DNA from: Amoebidium appalachense
Taxonomy: Eukaryota > Protista > Ichthyosporea
Assembly (NCBI GenBank): GCA_963693365.1
Contig: CAVNZM010000002.1
Span: 1,054,001 to 1,118,000, forward strand
Length of the DNA: 64,000 nucleotides
Reading direction: 5' to 3'
The notes beneath the pieces were generated by a model. The model searched no databases and was not told where the DNA came from. It worked only from the letters and a program-made list of their open reading frames with translations. Position numbers and translations under genes: made by a program. Below are positions 37,413 to 64,000 of this stretch, in pieces (position 1 is the first letter of the stretch; each line of letters starts with the position of its first letter).

Positions 37413-38562
37413 AAGGGAAAGAGAGAGAGAGAGAGAGTGTGTGTGTGACTCCGAGACAGAGCGTATGTGTGAGGGTGAGTGTGTAAAGTCTATAAACGGG
37501 CATATTCTCCATGCCAAAGAAGAAAGGATCGGCTTGTCTGCTGAAATTAGGCCATAGTAGAATTTTAAAAGACTTCGAACTTTCAATCATTTTGTGTGGG
37601 CTGGAGGCCGAGGGTGGAGGGGGGGGGAACCAAAGGAAGAGGAAGGGAAATGTGATTTAGGTGTGCAATGGATGCATCACTAAATGATTACTTTCAACGT
37701 GTAAACTTGCTGAATAGGGTGGTGATGCTGCACTTGCTTGTAATGCAGACAAAACAAAACTGCACGTATTCATATGCATCGACACATGCAAATAGTGTAT
37801 TCCACATGCTCACCTTGTGTACTTGCACGTCCAAAATGTATGCAATGTGTGTTGCCAATGGTTCGCGTTGTGTACGTGCAATCATCGATCTTAGTATAAG
37901 TGTACAAGTGTCTTTTTGCTTGCGCGTTCGCGTCCACACACACGCACACATGTGCAGACACACGCACACACACACGCACGCGCGCACACACACACAACAC
38001 ACAGACAATTAGGGTTACAAGAACGCTCAATGCAACAAAATAACAGAGTATGAGTGCCACAGACCTTTTCATCGAACACGGTCCTCACATCCTCCTCCTT
38101 CTCCATTGGCCCCACCCTTATCGTCCAGTGGTCCCACACCTGCGAGTTCTTCCAAACATCCGCAACCCATTCGTTCCCCTTTTGACGGAAACACACAACA
38201 TGAAGCCCCTCAGTTGCCTCGGCACCGTTGAAATGAAGATACGTTCCAGCAGAGAGACAGCGTGGGTTTGAGTTTAACGCACTGAAAATGAGAGAAGGCA
38301 CCGAGACAATGGGCATTTGGTCATAGATGATAAACACTACGACCGCAACAAGAAAAGTGAAAAGAAGATAGATTATGAGAGAGCACAGTCTCAACACCGC
38401 CCAAAGCAAAAGTGAACTTGTAGATTGGGGGGGCTTTTGTTTGTGTTCGGGGTGCCCCTCCGGCTTCGAAACCCCAAATGGGTCTGCTGGGGTTTTCTTT
38501 GCTTGTTTGGCGCGGTGTGTGAGTTCTGGATGCTCCTTTGCCTTGCCATTCTCCACTTTCAT
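35603..38562 (-). CDS. Prolyl 4-hydroxylase alpha-like 2OG-Fe(II) dioxygenase, type II membrane; exons 38065-38562 and 35603-36505 (466 aa)
   Basis: N-terminal TM (LCSLIIYLLFTFLVAVVVFIIY). Catalytic domain EPLVLNLDRFL, QVVRY, HxD (HHD), NRMATVLWYMTDVKKGGETWF, KGQAVLFYS, SLHTGCRVLEGEKLIANKW. Phase-0 GT-AG join FDEK|IIDR; extra small exons are not excluded. Confidence 0.88.
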
Positions 38563-38671
38563 TTTCGTTCGCAACTAGAAAGTGACTGGCGGTGGTGCCA
38601 AGAGGATGTTGAATGAATATATCTTATTTGTACGTTTCTAAGAATAGGTGATTCTACACGAGACTTGGAAG

Positions 38672-39865
38672 GGCCTGTTTGGCAACGCGGAGTTCGCGGC
38701 CTAACTCCGGAGTAAGATCGATTTTGGAGTTAGGGCTTAACGCGAATTTCTGAAATCCGCGGATGCCAAACAGACGGCCCAATCTGGCCTGTGAACGCTG
38801 GAGTTCAAACCCCTCGGACATCGCTTGAACTCCAAATTCTAGAATCCACCTCCGGAGGTGGATTATGCCGAAATGTTCAACTCCGTGTGAAGGTCTAAAC
38901 CAATGAAAATACATGCCATGAGACCTTTTCACATACCTCTCTCAGCCAATAGTCGGCAGTGCAATATAGCCAAAACAAGTTAAAGTGGAAAAGGCGCCAA
39001 ACGGAAAGTCCGTTGTCACCGGCATGGCCAGCTTGCTGGTGAGCCTGCGACAGCCCGAGCGCAGGCTGCGACACAGCCACACACAGCCGGCCACATGTGA
39101 ATAGGTCGTATAAAAACAAGCCCCCCCTCAACTATTCTTCCTCTTCGCGGCCAACTTGTAGGCAACTTTTTTTTTACCATTAGACAATCTTTTGCACCTC
39201 GGTCAAGATTGTCTGAACCGACAAGATTCCTGGACCGACACACCGTGCCCAAGGGTATATAACATCACACATGTCACTTCCATGGCGTCCATACTGTCAC
39301 TCTCTTCGATGAAAGGAGCAAGCTTCTCATTAACAAGTTTGCAACGTATGGACTAACGCGTAGCACATCATTCACCCGTGTCTCGTGGGCAGTGCCAAGC
39401 AGCTCTTGCACATACTCTTTACCACCAATTGCAAGGGGGGAAGTACGGCATGGATCTTTGAACTCTGGACTATATGCCAAGGCTGCAATTGCGGCCGAAA
39501 GGGCCATGTTTCGTGCTAAATACATAGTGGTTTTGCAACCGGAAACGTTGTTGTTGTTATATATGCAAATGGTATCATCACAGTGTATACAAATACATAC
39601 ATACGGGACACTGCACAGTCACTTGCACTGATCGAGTCCTAGGTACGATATACGTGCAAAGTATGCGCACTCCGATCAACGTAAAACTTGCGCAATGTGA
39701 CTTGGTAAACTAAGCTGAAAAAAGTGTTGTCTGTTTGGCACGAGCGGTTATCTACGCCAGGTTTTGACCTGAATCCGGATTACAAGTCAGAATCTGGATA
39801 CTGATTTGATACCCTGCGTATACGGTCTACGCCGGAGTTCGTAACTCCGCGTTGCCAAACAGGCC
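38672..39865 (-). mobile_element. PIF/Harbinger-like non-autonomous DNA transposon (~1.2 kb) with transposase N-terminal remnant
   Basis: Perfect 23-bp TIRs GGCCTGTTTGGCAACGCGGAGTT / AACTCCGCGTTGCCAAACAGGCC, like Tourist/PIF ends. Internal ORF 39274-39525 (KDPCRTSPLAIGGKEYVQELLGTAHETRVNDVLRVS) resembles the Harbinger transposase N-terminus. Flanks AAG/GAG are not a perfect TSD. Confidence 0.8.
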
Positions 39866-41428
39866 GAGAGAAGCTGACTGACTACACCAGCTGAAATGTG
39901 ATGTGTATTACACTGATGGACAGAATCGAGACCATGTGATCATGGTAAAAGAGACGTGGTTGTTATGACCACACGCAATCTTGTGTATTACACTTGTGTC
40001 AACACTCAGTAACATCAAGTTGTCTGGTGTTCTCAATGCTTCCTCTAGACCGGTCTAACCTTCCAGGGGGCCATTCAGTCTCAGTTCTGGTAAGCTTTTC
40101 TGCCCTTTCTCGTTTTTGACTTAAAGAAAGCTTGAAGAAAAGGAATAAATACTGAGGAATTCCAGAATTATTTGGACTGCTTGATCGATTGGTGGAGAGT
40201 TTTTAACTCTAAGTCCCCCAACACTTTTACATCCAGGGATTTCTGATCTTTCAAGTTGAGCTGTAAAATTCAATTTAACTTACAAATATAGCCCAAAATG
40301 CTCTAATTTAGCACACCACAAGCATAATTTTATAGCATTACAACTTAATATTTTATATCTCATTTTTATACTCATATGCAAGTTTCACGTTTACTATATT
40401 GTAATTGTGAATGGCCCCAAAATTTTGCGAAAGTGTGGGACAGCCATTTCAATACTCTGCGAGACACGGTGACACCGAGTGAGGCGGCCAATCAGATTTC
40501 GCCACCCTCATTTGCTAAGCAGGACTCAGGAGTGGCGGTTGGGATTTGACGTTGCCCAGGAAAGACATTTTCAACAATCCCATTATCATATGCTGTTGAA
40601 ACATATGCTGTCTCCGGCTTGTAGGTGCGTAAATAAAAAAAATATTCTACCAAGGTTCAGTTGCACCCATCCTTAGAATGTAGCCGTACGTGCCCCTCAA
40701 GCCTCAACCCTGCCCGTTTTGATACCCTCTAGACCAATCAGTGAAAGTGCAAGCTACCCTTCTGATTGGCTACAAATTAGGATTACGAGTCGAGGATTCA
40801 CCGTAATTTCCAAAAACCTATCCAAGCAGCTAGCTGATAACTCGGTTGTGTCAATAATAATGTTATATGCTCCTTCTTGTGCACATTGGCAGTTTTCTTT
40901 CGTTTCTAATATGTTTCTAATACGTTTTCTAATAATAATGTTTTCCTACTTTGTTATAAAAGATAGCAGTAAATTCACCTTAGTCCAAATCCCGTACATA
41001 CTCCAGATCTGGCTCGAACGATGTGAACAACAGAATGAATATTTTCTTCGAGATAACATTTGCGAATATTGCAAGTTGGTGTCCTTTGGTCACTTGTTGT
41101 TTTATTTTATTTCATCACCTTGGCTTTTTCGAATTCGGTGGTCATGTAGCCAGTGGAAAAAAATATTGCAACGAAAATTGAAAGGGCAGATAACAGGCCC
41201 GGTCTTGCCAGTGACGTTGGCCTCTTTCAAGCTTTAGGGGCGGCCAGAACGGCCATACACTTGAGTAAGCAAGTAGCTTTGTTTGAGGCTCCATAAGCTT
41301 AGTAATATTAGTTGCCTCGTGATCACCCCTTATTTAGCCAGGTTGGACTCTGGATAGACTTGCCCAAGAGCCATGTTGCACTGTGTGACTGCCGTGGAGT
41401 CTTCTTGACCCTGTAGGAAGGACACAAC

Positions 41429-56035
<14,607 letters not shown>

Positions 56036-57051
56036 ACATAGTTTGCCCCCTGCGGCTTTTTGTATATTTCTTCTTCTTCTTCCCCTTCCCCTCCCCAAAT
56101 CCCCCTCCCCCCTCCCCCCCCCCCCCAAAAAAAAAAACCCCCCAACCCCAACCCCAACCCCAACCCCAACCCCACAACCCCACAAACCCCCCTATTCTCT
56201 AACGCACACATACCGACACTCCCTCTCTATCTCACTCTCGTCTATCTTTTTTTTTTTTTTTTTGGTTGTGTGTGCGTATTCGGGAGAGAGAACGCAATAT
56301 CAGGGAAGGAAATGTATCACATGTGGTGTCGTTAGGATAGAGTGGCTCTAATGCATGTCTAGGAGGTTTAAAAGCGAGAGGGTGGGGTGGGGGGGAGTTC
56401 TATTGAATGCCTAGAAGATTTTTTTAGAGGGGGATGGGAATCCCATGAATTTTTTGTAAGGTTTTTTGAAAAGGAGGGGGGGAAGGGGTCCAATAGATGT
56501 ATTGATTTTTTGCTAGAGGGAGTATAATGAATATGGGAGTTGACATTGTCTAGACAGCAAGTTTTGTGAGGGGCTGTAGAAATGGACATTCTAATATTAG
56601 TACGGTATGGATTTTAATATTAGTGCAGGATCATGGCTTTAGTCGCATTGTTTTGACGAAGTGCAAGTCACTGAATCCTAATAGTGTTGTTTTACAGGCG
56701 AATGTGTAATTCAAGTCTTCTAAATTCTTGGCTATCTTTAAGTCTTTAATCGTAGCCGTGTCATTGGATCCTATGAAAACACTATATTAGATGTTATCGA
56801 ATAATAATTCGAAGTGTGATCACCGTGTGCACATGATTTGCATTGAGGAAAACCTGTGCTTTTGCTGGGCAACGAGGACGGAGATTGGCCGGATTGGGCC
56901 ATGAATAAAATCTTACCGTCCTGAAAACCGGTTTCCGGGTAACTGTTCATTATAATTATAATTATAATTAGAGTATCGTGAATATTGGCTGCTCTTAGTC
57001 CCCCCCCCCCCCTCCCCCCCCCCCCTCCTTGCGCGCTCTCAACACACACGC

Positions 57052-57133
<82 letters not shown>

Positions 57134-57162
57134 CCAGCTAGTGTCTCTGACACAGACGCAGA

Positions 57163-57244
<82 letters not shown>

Positions 57245-57259
57245 ATACACAAACACACA

Positions 57260-57325
<66 letters not shown>

Positions 57326-57380
57326 ACACACACACACACACACACGCACATAGTATCGGACGCATGTGTGCACACCTGTG

Positions 57381-57842
57381 GTAGGGCTACCTTTCGTAAA
57401 AACGGTTTTTTCCAATTTCCTTATATGGCTAATCTGATCGAACCGGATTCGATCTGGACCAATCATAAATACCCCTTGGCAGAGTTTTCTCGTTACGACA
57501 CGTAGGGCTACCTTTCGTATCCCGTGTTATTACAGTTACTAAAAACTTTGACTCCAGTGAAAACTTGAAAAGAGCATCAAACACAGTGATACGAAACGAG
57601 AAGTGAAGACGAACCGAAACGAACCGGAACGTACACACACGTTGCAGAATGAGCCGGCAGAGCCGGCGCGCCAAGTTGGGAGCGCGCCAAAAGCAAAATG
57701 CACGCATCCGATTGGTTGACCCGAATCTGACCCGAATATCCGGGTCTGGACAAACCCGGCCCGACTTGACCCGATCCGGCCGGGTCGGCCGCCAGAGGTG
57801 CCCATATCCAGATGTGCCCATATCCAGTGGTGCCCAATCATA
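57381..57842. mobile_element. Possible hAT-like non-autonomous remnant
   Basis: 18-bp direct repeat GTAGGGCTACCTTTCGTA (57381, 57502), clustered ACCCGA/AACCG/CCGG motifs and triple GTGCCCA at the right end, resembling hAT subterminal regions. No matching TIR pair or TSD. Confidence 0.35.
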
Positions 57843-60326
57843 GTTCACACTTGGCCTGTATGGTCCGCAAAGTTCAGCGGCCTAAGCCTTGCGCACGGTA
57901 TTGATTTTGACGCAGGCTGCCAGGGAGCCTCGCGCGAAGCACCTTTAGAAGCATACTTTTTATAGCTATTATCCGAGTTGGAGCCGTTTTTCGTTATCAT
58001 TTATAGGCCACGTATTTGTTGGATGTTGTGTTTTTTTTTGTCACGGCCCTCTTGTTTTCAGAGGGCCGTGTTTTTGTGCATCGCTACGGATTTTATTGTA
58101 ACTCAAGTTAAGACTTCCGCTATGATGTAGTGATTCCAGATGTGCCAGACTCGCTGTCGATTGGATACTTCGATTAAGCCAATCAGCTACTATGAGTCAC
58201 CACTTAGCTTGTAGATTCTAAAGGAGAAAAAACTAGGACTGTTTATCCTGTTTATCTATCCCGAGCTCCTGTATCACGATTTGATAATAGGTTTTTGCCT
58301 AAATGCTGCTTTTCCTGTAAAATTATATAAATGAGTGAGGTGGCAAGACAGAGTGAAGCAAACAACTTGGGCAGGCTCCGAGGAAGGCGTCATGCCAGGC
58401 ATTGATGCCAGGGAGGCTTTTGATTGGTGCGTTTGTCCATTTATGACATTCTCCGAAACTCGGTGAGCTCCCTTTTTAACTGTTATCGGTCGATGGCTGT
58501 GGCTTCGAGTTGAAGTGTCGTAGACAAACATTGGTAGCCAGAAAGAATATTTTTTGAATGTCCCTATTTTTTTGCTATAGTAAAAATATAAAGACCAACA
58601 ACTTTTCACAACGTGCAGTTATCCGCCTAATAGACTTAGTAGATGGAGAGCGACCAACTGGATAGCGTGGCGTTGAACATCTAATTTCATAGATATACGA
58701 CAAGTCCTGTCTAGACCCGTCAAACGCAAGCTCTATACAGCAGATTACGGATATGTAGCCGCCAAAATGAATGATTTATATATACTTTATAAAGTATTTT
58801 AATAGATATAATAAACAATCAATACAGGTTGGAGTGCATATTTTCTGCAAAAACTTCCAAAAATCATAATGAAAAACATCGATCCCTGGTTAGCCACAAT
58901 CACGAGCTTATATTTCACGGCGGCTGTTGCGCATGCTGAGCATTGCAGAACCTTTTCTCGTGCCTTTTCTCGTTGGAACGCACACTGCTTGTGTCTTCTC
59001 TTTTGGGTGCCTTGCTACAGCTAGGCTACCTTGCTTGACTGTTAGATTTCCTAGGCAGGTTTACGTGAACCCCGGGCGGGCTTGTCTGGGACTAATCTAG
59101 TGTTCAAGCGAGTTCTGTAATGCCTACCGAACGACTACTCTATTGTCAGGGTTTATGGGGGGCTCTGCCATTGGAGAAGCTTGGTTGTAGGCTCCTTGCA
59201 GATTGTAGCTTAGACATCCTCGTGACCAGATGGGGCAATCTAGTCTCTCTCTTGTGATCTCCTCCCAGTTAGTTTACACCTGAGCAGATCTTTCTACATC
59301 TGAGCTTCTTTTTTTTTTTTTTTTTTTTTTTCTTTTGCTTCTTGCAGCTGTTTGGATCTCCTTTCTTTGCAACTTTTATTTCTGAACCTACGTATCCTTC
59401 CCGAGGTGACTCCTATCAGTTATGCTATCCATATAGTACTATGCGTTACGATGTTATCTAAAACAACATATGTATATTTTTTTTGGCCGGTATCTTCCTT
59501 TCATGAGCGGTTTTTTCTTTACCCCGGGAAATCTGCGATATCTCGCCTTTTCACCTTCTATGAGCACATCAATAAAGTCATTATTAAAAAAAAAATATAC
59601 GTTTCTTTAGACATAGGGGAGGTGTAGGGAGAGCTCATGTCTCAGGCGGCACTACCAAGTGACCACAAGCGAACCAATCATATCGCACTGTTTGTTTACA
59701 CACGCCGCACCTATGGGAAGACGCAGAATGATACATTTTAATTGTAAAGTAGAGTTGATAATAGCTAAAAACAAATGTAAACTACCATATATGTAAAGCA
59801 CATCAGATAAAATTTCCAAAATCTTGCTTTAGTTGCGATTATTTGAGCATTTTGCCGGCGCCGTCATAACTCTGGCTTGATGACTCATTGAGCCAGCTGA
59901 GCTTGTCAGTCATAAAATGAGCATACGGGCAATCCCCAGCCGAGTCTCGTTTTGAAATCATGCATGCCTGTTGCCGAGAGTCGTCTATGTGTTGTTGCTG
60001 ATATCACCGCATGCATTGGCCGCATACATAGCCTCATACACTACAGAACGTTCAAGAACGTTTATGTGTCATCTTTTCAGTCACTCTTGACTGTAGTAGT
60101 CGTTTCTCTTAACTAAATATGCAAAGTAGACGTGGTTTTAAGAAAAAGGTAGTGAAAACCATGCCTTCCGTATAAACATAATGAAGGCTTGCTAGGTACT
60201 AAGCAGAGTTATGGTAACCCCTTGAAGGGCTACGAAATTTGCGTATACGTACACATACATATTCTCTGTTTTTCCCGGCCGATGTAATCACACACACATG
60301 CTTAGTTGAACAAAAGTGTCTACAGA

Positions 60327-61049
60327 ATGGGTTACATAATTCCTGTCCACGAGTTGACAGCAAAGGACACACGCGTTCTGCGCGAAAGCTGGGCAAAGAT
60401 TTCAAGTGAGACCCCAAACAACAGTTTGAAATCGGAGTTTTGGGTTCGTTTTTTCGACCTATTCTACGAGGAACTGTTTCATCGCGCACCCGACGCCAAG
60501 CACCTTTTCAACCCCAAAACTGCTATGCATCTGCAAGCAGAATGTCTCGTTTGCCTCGTGTCACATTTAGTGGTGCGATCGGAGGAGCTTCGAAGCGGTG
60601 CAAGCCGGGAAGAGCTCAGAAAACTCGGCAAGCTTCACGCACATGTCCTTTCGTCGGACATGTACATTGTGGCTGCGCAAACACTCTACGCAGTCATTTC
60701 CACGTTTGTGAAGGAGCAAAACATGCACTTTACACCAGCGCTTCGTACCGCCTGGGCAGCAGCGATTGCGACCCTAGTCGAATACATGAACCCAAAGATC
60801 AAGCGGGCCGCCCTTGTGCCAACATTGCTCCTTCAGACAGAATCTTGCCCAAGCCCCCCCCTTTCCCCCGTTTCGAGTGGAAGTTTTTTCGGGTTTGTGG
60901 CGCGCGCCAAGTCTCTCTTCCACCGCTCCAACAGCAACAAGAGCGCGCGGAACAGAAGCTGGGAGTCGATGCCCGTAAAACCAGGGGCCATGCATGAATT
61001 TAGCAAGAGCAGGAGTCTAACCAACCTGCACAGGCGAAACACAGTTTGA
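60327..61049 (+). CDS. Intronless single-domain globin with Ser/Arg-rich C-terminal extension (240 aa)
   Basis: A-helix LTAKDTRVLRESW, B10 Tyr (FYEELF), C2 Pro/CD1 Phe (APDAKHLF), E7-like Gln (HLQA), F8 His (LGKLHA), H-helix FTPALRTAW. First in-frame ATG at 60327. Confidence 0.88.
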   Translation: MGYIIPVHELTAKDTRVLRESWAKISSETPNNSLKSEFWVRFFDLFYEELFHRAPDAKHLFNPKTAMHLQAECLVCLVSHLVVRSEELRSGASREELRKLGKLHAHVLSSDMYIVAAQTLYAVISTFVKEQNMHFTPALRTAWAAAIATLVEYMNPKIKRAALVPTLLLQTESCPSPPLSPVSSGSFFGFVARAKSLFHRSNSNKSARNRSWESMPVKPGAMHEFSKSRSLTNLHRRNTV

Positions 61050-61605
61050 AATCGTTTGGTCTCATTGAGTTCAAAAGTTAGATGACGTATGCAGCTTACG
61101 TTTTTTTGGTTCGAATGAAAGAAATTTTTCCGATGAAATTAGGCGAAACTAAGATTTCAGGGGCATGGCCTGTGCTTAAGGCTTGCGTAAATTTTTAACA
61201 ATCTAAAGTCCTGGGTGCGGCTTGCACCTTGTAAATAGTCCTTGCAATTTTAAACACATTCGTGCTACACTGCACCAAAACCTGACAGCATTTAGCCTAA
61301 ATATTAGAGCCCAAAGCTCGTTTGTAAAGTTAGTTCTATATGCCCTCCCAGGGCTATGTATCTACAAGGGCTGGGTACATAGTTGCTCATCCCATGTTTC
61401 GTGAAAGCAGCCCATGTGCACTGTGTGCACACATGTTCTGCGAATAAACTGCCACCGGAAGGCTTTTCGATAAACACGGCATCATGTCACGATGCACTTA
61501 CTGGGATTGGAAGCAAAGGCCTTTTTGACCCACATTAGGACGTGCTTTTGCAGAAAAAGTGCGAAGGCTTTAGAAATTTCAACGTGCTCATGGTCTTGCG
61601 CGCAC

Positions 61606-61745
61606 GGCAGCACAATTACGACATGTCCATGGGAGGGTTATCATAGTCGCTGTGCACATGTCCATGGGAGGGTTATCATAGTCGCTGTGCACGCAAGATA
61701 GCGACTATGATAACCCTCCCATGGACATGTCGTAATTGTGCTGCC
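61606..61745. repeat. Perfect 46-bp inverted repeat with internal 35-bp tandem duplication
   Basis: GGCAGCACAATTACGACATGTCCATGGGAGGGTTATCATAGTCGCT (61606-61651) and its exact reverse complement (61700-61745); 61621-61655 is repeated at 61656-61690. Confidence 0.93.
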
Positions 61746-62499
61746 AATGATCACCACCGGCAGCTTATGATTGTAGCGTCACGATGATGCACCATCATAG
61801 GTCGGGTCGTTTCCTAGTAAACATTTTAACTGAAGTCACGACCATGTTTTCCAAGTTCGTTGAATTTTCCGCCCACATCTGCAGGCAACCTTTACTTATA
61901 TCACGGCTGTAATGTACAAACCAAGGTTGCCACAAGACCGTGCTCCCACTATGATGGCCATTCAGCACACTTGGTCAGACTCTCATGCAGTCACGTGTAG
62001 CATTGGCCAGCCACCAGGGCTTGGATTGCATACTGTACCGGCAACCAGTGTCCATTATCAGAAACCGAATTACCATGTATGTACAAAGCTGCCGGCTTTA
62101 CAACATCGTCGGGACGAAATGACCACGGAGACTGGCACATCAAGGCCATATCCTAGCTCACTTGCCAAAAACTTCAAAAAATAAAACAGAACTACAAAAA
62201 CAAGGCTAACCGCACCGACTACACAGAGTAATATATGTGAAGTGAACAATCTCAAACCAAACGCTTACTTAATCGTCTAGGCTTACACCCTGGACTCTAT
62301 TGCTAAAGAGTGAGTGGATGTGCATGCACCATGGTCTGTGCTGCTTTTCCGTCCTCAATGCACATATCAGCCGAGAGTGATGGGCCAACCGTGTAATTGT
62401 GTAAGCATGGGATCTCGTGTGAGTGTGAGTGTGAGTGTGAGTGAGTGAGTTGAGTGAGTGAGTGTGTGTGTGTGTGTGTCCGCGGGGCCTGGGTGGAGG

Positions 62500-62539
<40 letters not shown>

Positions 62540-62681
62540 AAAGGGAATAGTGCCCATCCACGCAGCCAACTCTCTATGGCCCTATGGGTGTGTGGTCAAG
62601 GGTACGAGCACGTAGGTGTGTACCAACTTCATAACCGCCCAACTCTGCACGTGAATATACACGTGCACCGGCCTACACATA

Positions 62682-62800
62682 TTAGTTCTCGGCTAGCATC
62701 TCATCAAAGAGGTCTGGGTCGTGGAACTTTCCGCCCATGTCCAGCACAAAGAACATCTTGGTGCCCTCGACTTTGATGGGAAGGTAGCTGTTGCGCCCAT
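62682..62800 (-). CDS. Possible terminal exon of an unidentified minus-strand gene
   Basis: After CAG: DGRNSYLPIKVEGTKMFFVLDMGGKFHDPDLFDEMLAEN* with GC3-rich codons. Upstream is an intron-like GT...poly-C segment. No family recognised. Confidence 0.3.
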
Positions 62801-62876
62801 CTGAGTGCTCACAATCAGAAACCACCCCATCACAATTACGCCACCTCAAAAAAAAAAAAAAAAAAAAAAAGGAAAA

Positions 62877-62910
<34 letters not shown>

Positions 62911-63719
62911 CAGGTTATTGATATCACAACAGGCCACCCGTGGGATGCTGTTTTGTCAACTTCAACGAAGACCGGCTCAAGTCGATCCGTGCCTCGAAGG
63001 CCCAGCAACAAATTGGGTTTCGGGCAGGCAAGTGTGTCCCCTACTGCTACTCTAAGCTCATAGGATAGGGAGGAGAATTTTGGAATTTTAGCATGATAAA
63101 TTTGGTGCTCTTGTACATGAGTAAATTAAATCTTGATCTGATGCAAAGGGAGGGGAACCTTTGATTTTCTGGGTTCATCTACAGTAATACAACCTTCTTT
63201 AAGCAGTAATAGCTCTATAAGAATAAGATATAAAACATTTACAGAAGTAACTTATCAAGTTTGAATCAGTTAAACAAGGCATGTGTACCCTTAATACACA
63301 AGTTCCGATAACGCACTAATTCCCCCTTAACAATTAGCGTCCTCGTAAATTTAATTACAAAGCAATTTTTATCATTTTCCTTTTATAAAGTTTTATATGC
63401 CTTAGCCTATAAAACATCAGGGGGGTTCCTATGCCTCCACAAAAGTATGGGGTTCGACTCTTTAACCTCTCGCGCGTGGTTCCCAACCCATACTTTGATT
63501 CAACAGCAATAGGCGAGTCCACCCGTCTTGGCCAAAGACGAGCAGGGTTGTTCACGGAGCAGCAATCTAAGAACGCAGAGTCTACAAAATCTGGAAGCAG
63601 ACAAAAAACAAAGAAAGCAAGCAGAGAGATAGAGCATAAGCCGGGCTTCTACAAAGCTCCCCGGCTCCCTAACATATAGAGAAGAGGAGGGAGGGGAGGG
63701 GGGGGGTTTGAATGCGTCA

Positions 63720-63833
63720 AAAAATACGAAGTACACAAGAACAAACGGATAACACGATGCAGAATGCAAACCATACATAAAGAGTATGCATAATAAGCAG
63801 AGCCCATCCTCAGGGAGGGCCCACGTCATCCAC
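63720..63833 (-). repeat. ~115-bp dispersed repeat, inverted copy of ~6262-6372
   Basis: GTGGATGACGTGGGCCC...GAGGATGGGCTCTGCTT(G/A)TTATGCAT...TCCGTT at both loci; partial third copy near 43255-43285. Confidence 0.8.
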
Positions 63834-64000
63834 AGGGGGGGGGGGGGGGGGGGGGGGGGGGGGAGGGGGGAGAGAGGGAGGGGGAGGGGGGAGAGAGAGG
63901 GGGAAGGGGGCGGAGGGCGGAGGGGGAAGAGGGGGGGGGGGGGGGGGGGACACGGAGACAGAGAAAACAAGGGAGGAACTTAACCTGGCAACTATTGCTT

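Noticed and set aside
40719-41237. 172-aa plus-strand ORF upstream of the GPCR
   Set aside because: TTG start, AT-rich, no motif; the GPCR already has a good ATG and signal peptide at 41429.
57121-57150. ACCAGCT...AGTGTC after a CA tract, similar to the LINE 3' spacer
   Set aside because: Match too short to separate from chance without a genome-wide search.
58042-58076. Hairpin CACGGCCCTC...GAGGGCCGTG plus T-run resembling a Rho-independent terminator or Helitron end
   Set aside because: Eukaryotic context, no adjacent gene end, and no CTRR terminus at the expected distance.

Overview
This is eukaryotic genomic DNA, intron-rich and very microsatellite- and homopolymer-rich. Gene content suggests a non-animal microbial eukaryote, but the taxon cannot be fixed from sequence alone. 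Most ORF-track entries are artefacts of (CA)n, (CT)n and poly-C/G tracts. Reading splice junctions by hand gave five spliced, in-frame gene models: a PLAC8-family protein (6 exons, one a 13-nt micro-exon), a mitochondrial-type DnaJ protein, RCL1 (9 exons), a prolyl 4-hydroxylase-like 2OG-Fe(II) oxygenase, and an 18-exon class C (GABA-B-like) GPCR. Also present are a C-terminal cathepsin B-like fragment and two intronless genes (a putative GPI-anchored protein and a globin). Mobile DNA includes a 5'-truncated LINE with intact ORF2, a PIF/Harbinger derivative, a probable non-autonomous Helitron, two foldback elements, a tRNA-related Pol III/SINE-like unit, dispersed repeats and a 1.6-kb tandem duplication. 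The most striking signal is a polarised intron architecture: poly-C or GT-rich tracts follow weak donors, and (CA)n runs directly into the acceptor AG in place of a polypyrimidine tract. No rRNA, canonical tRNA or CRISPR array was seen. All gene models are manual and unverified by RNA data.
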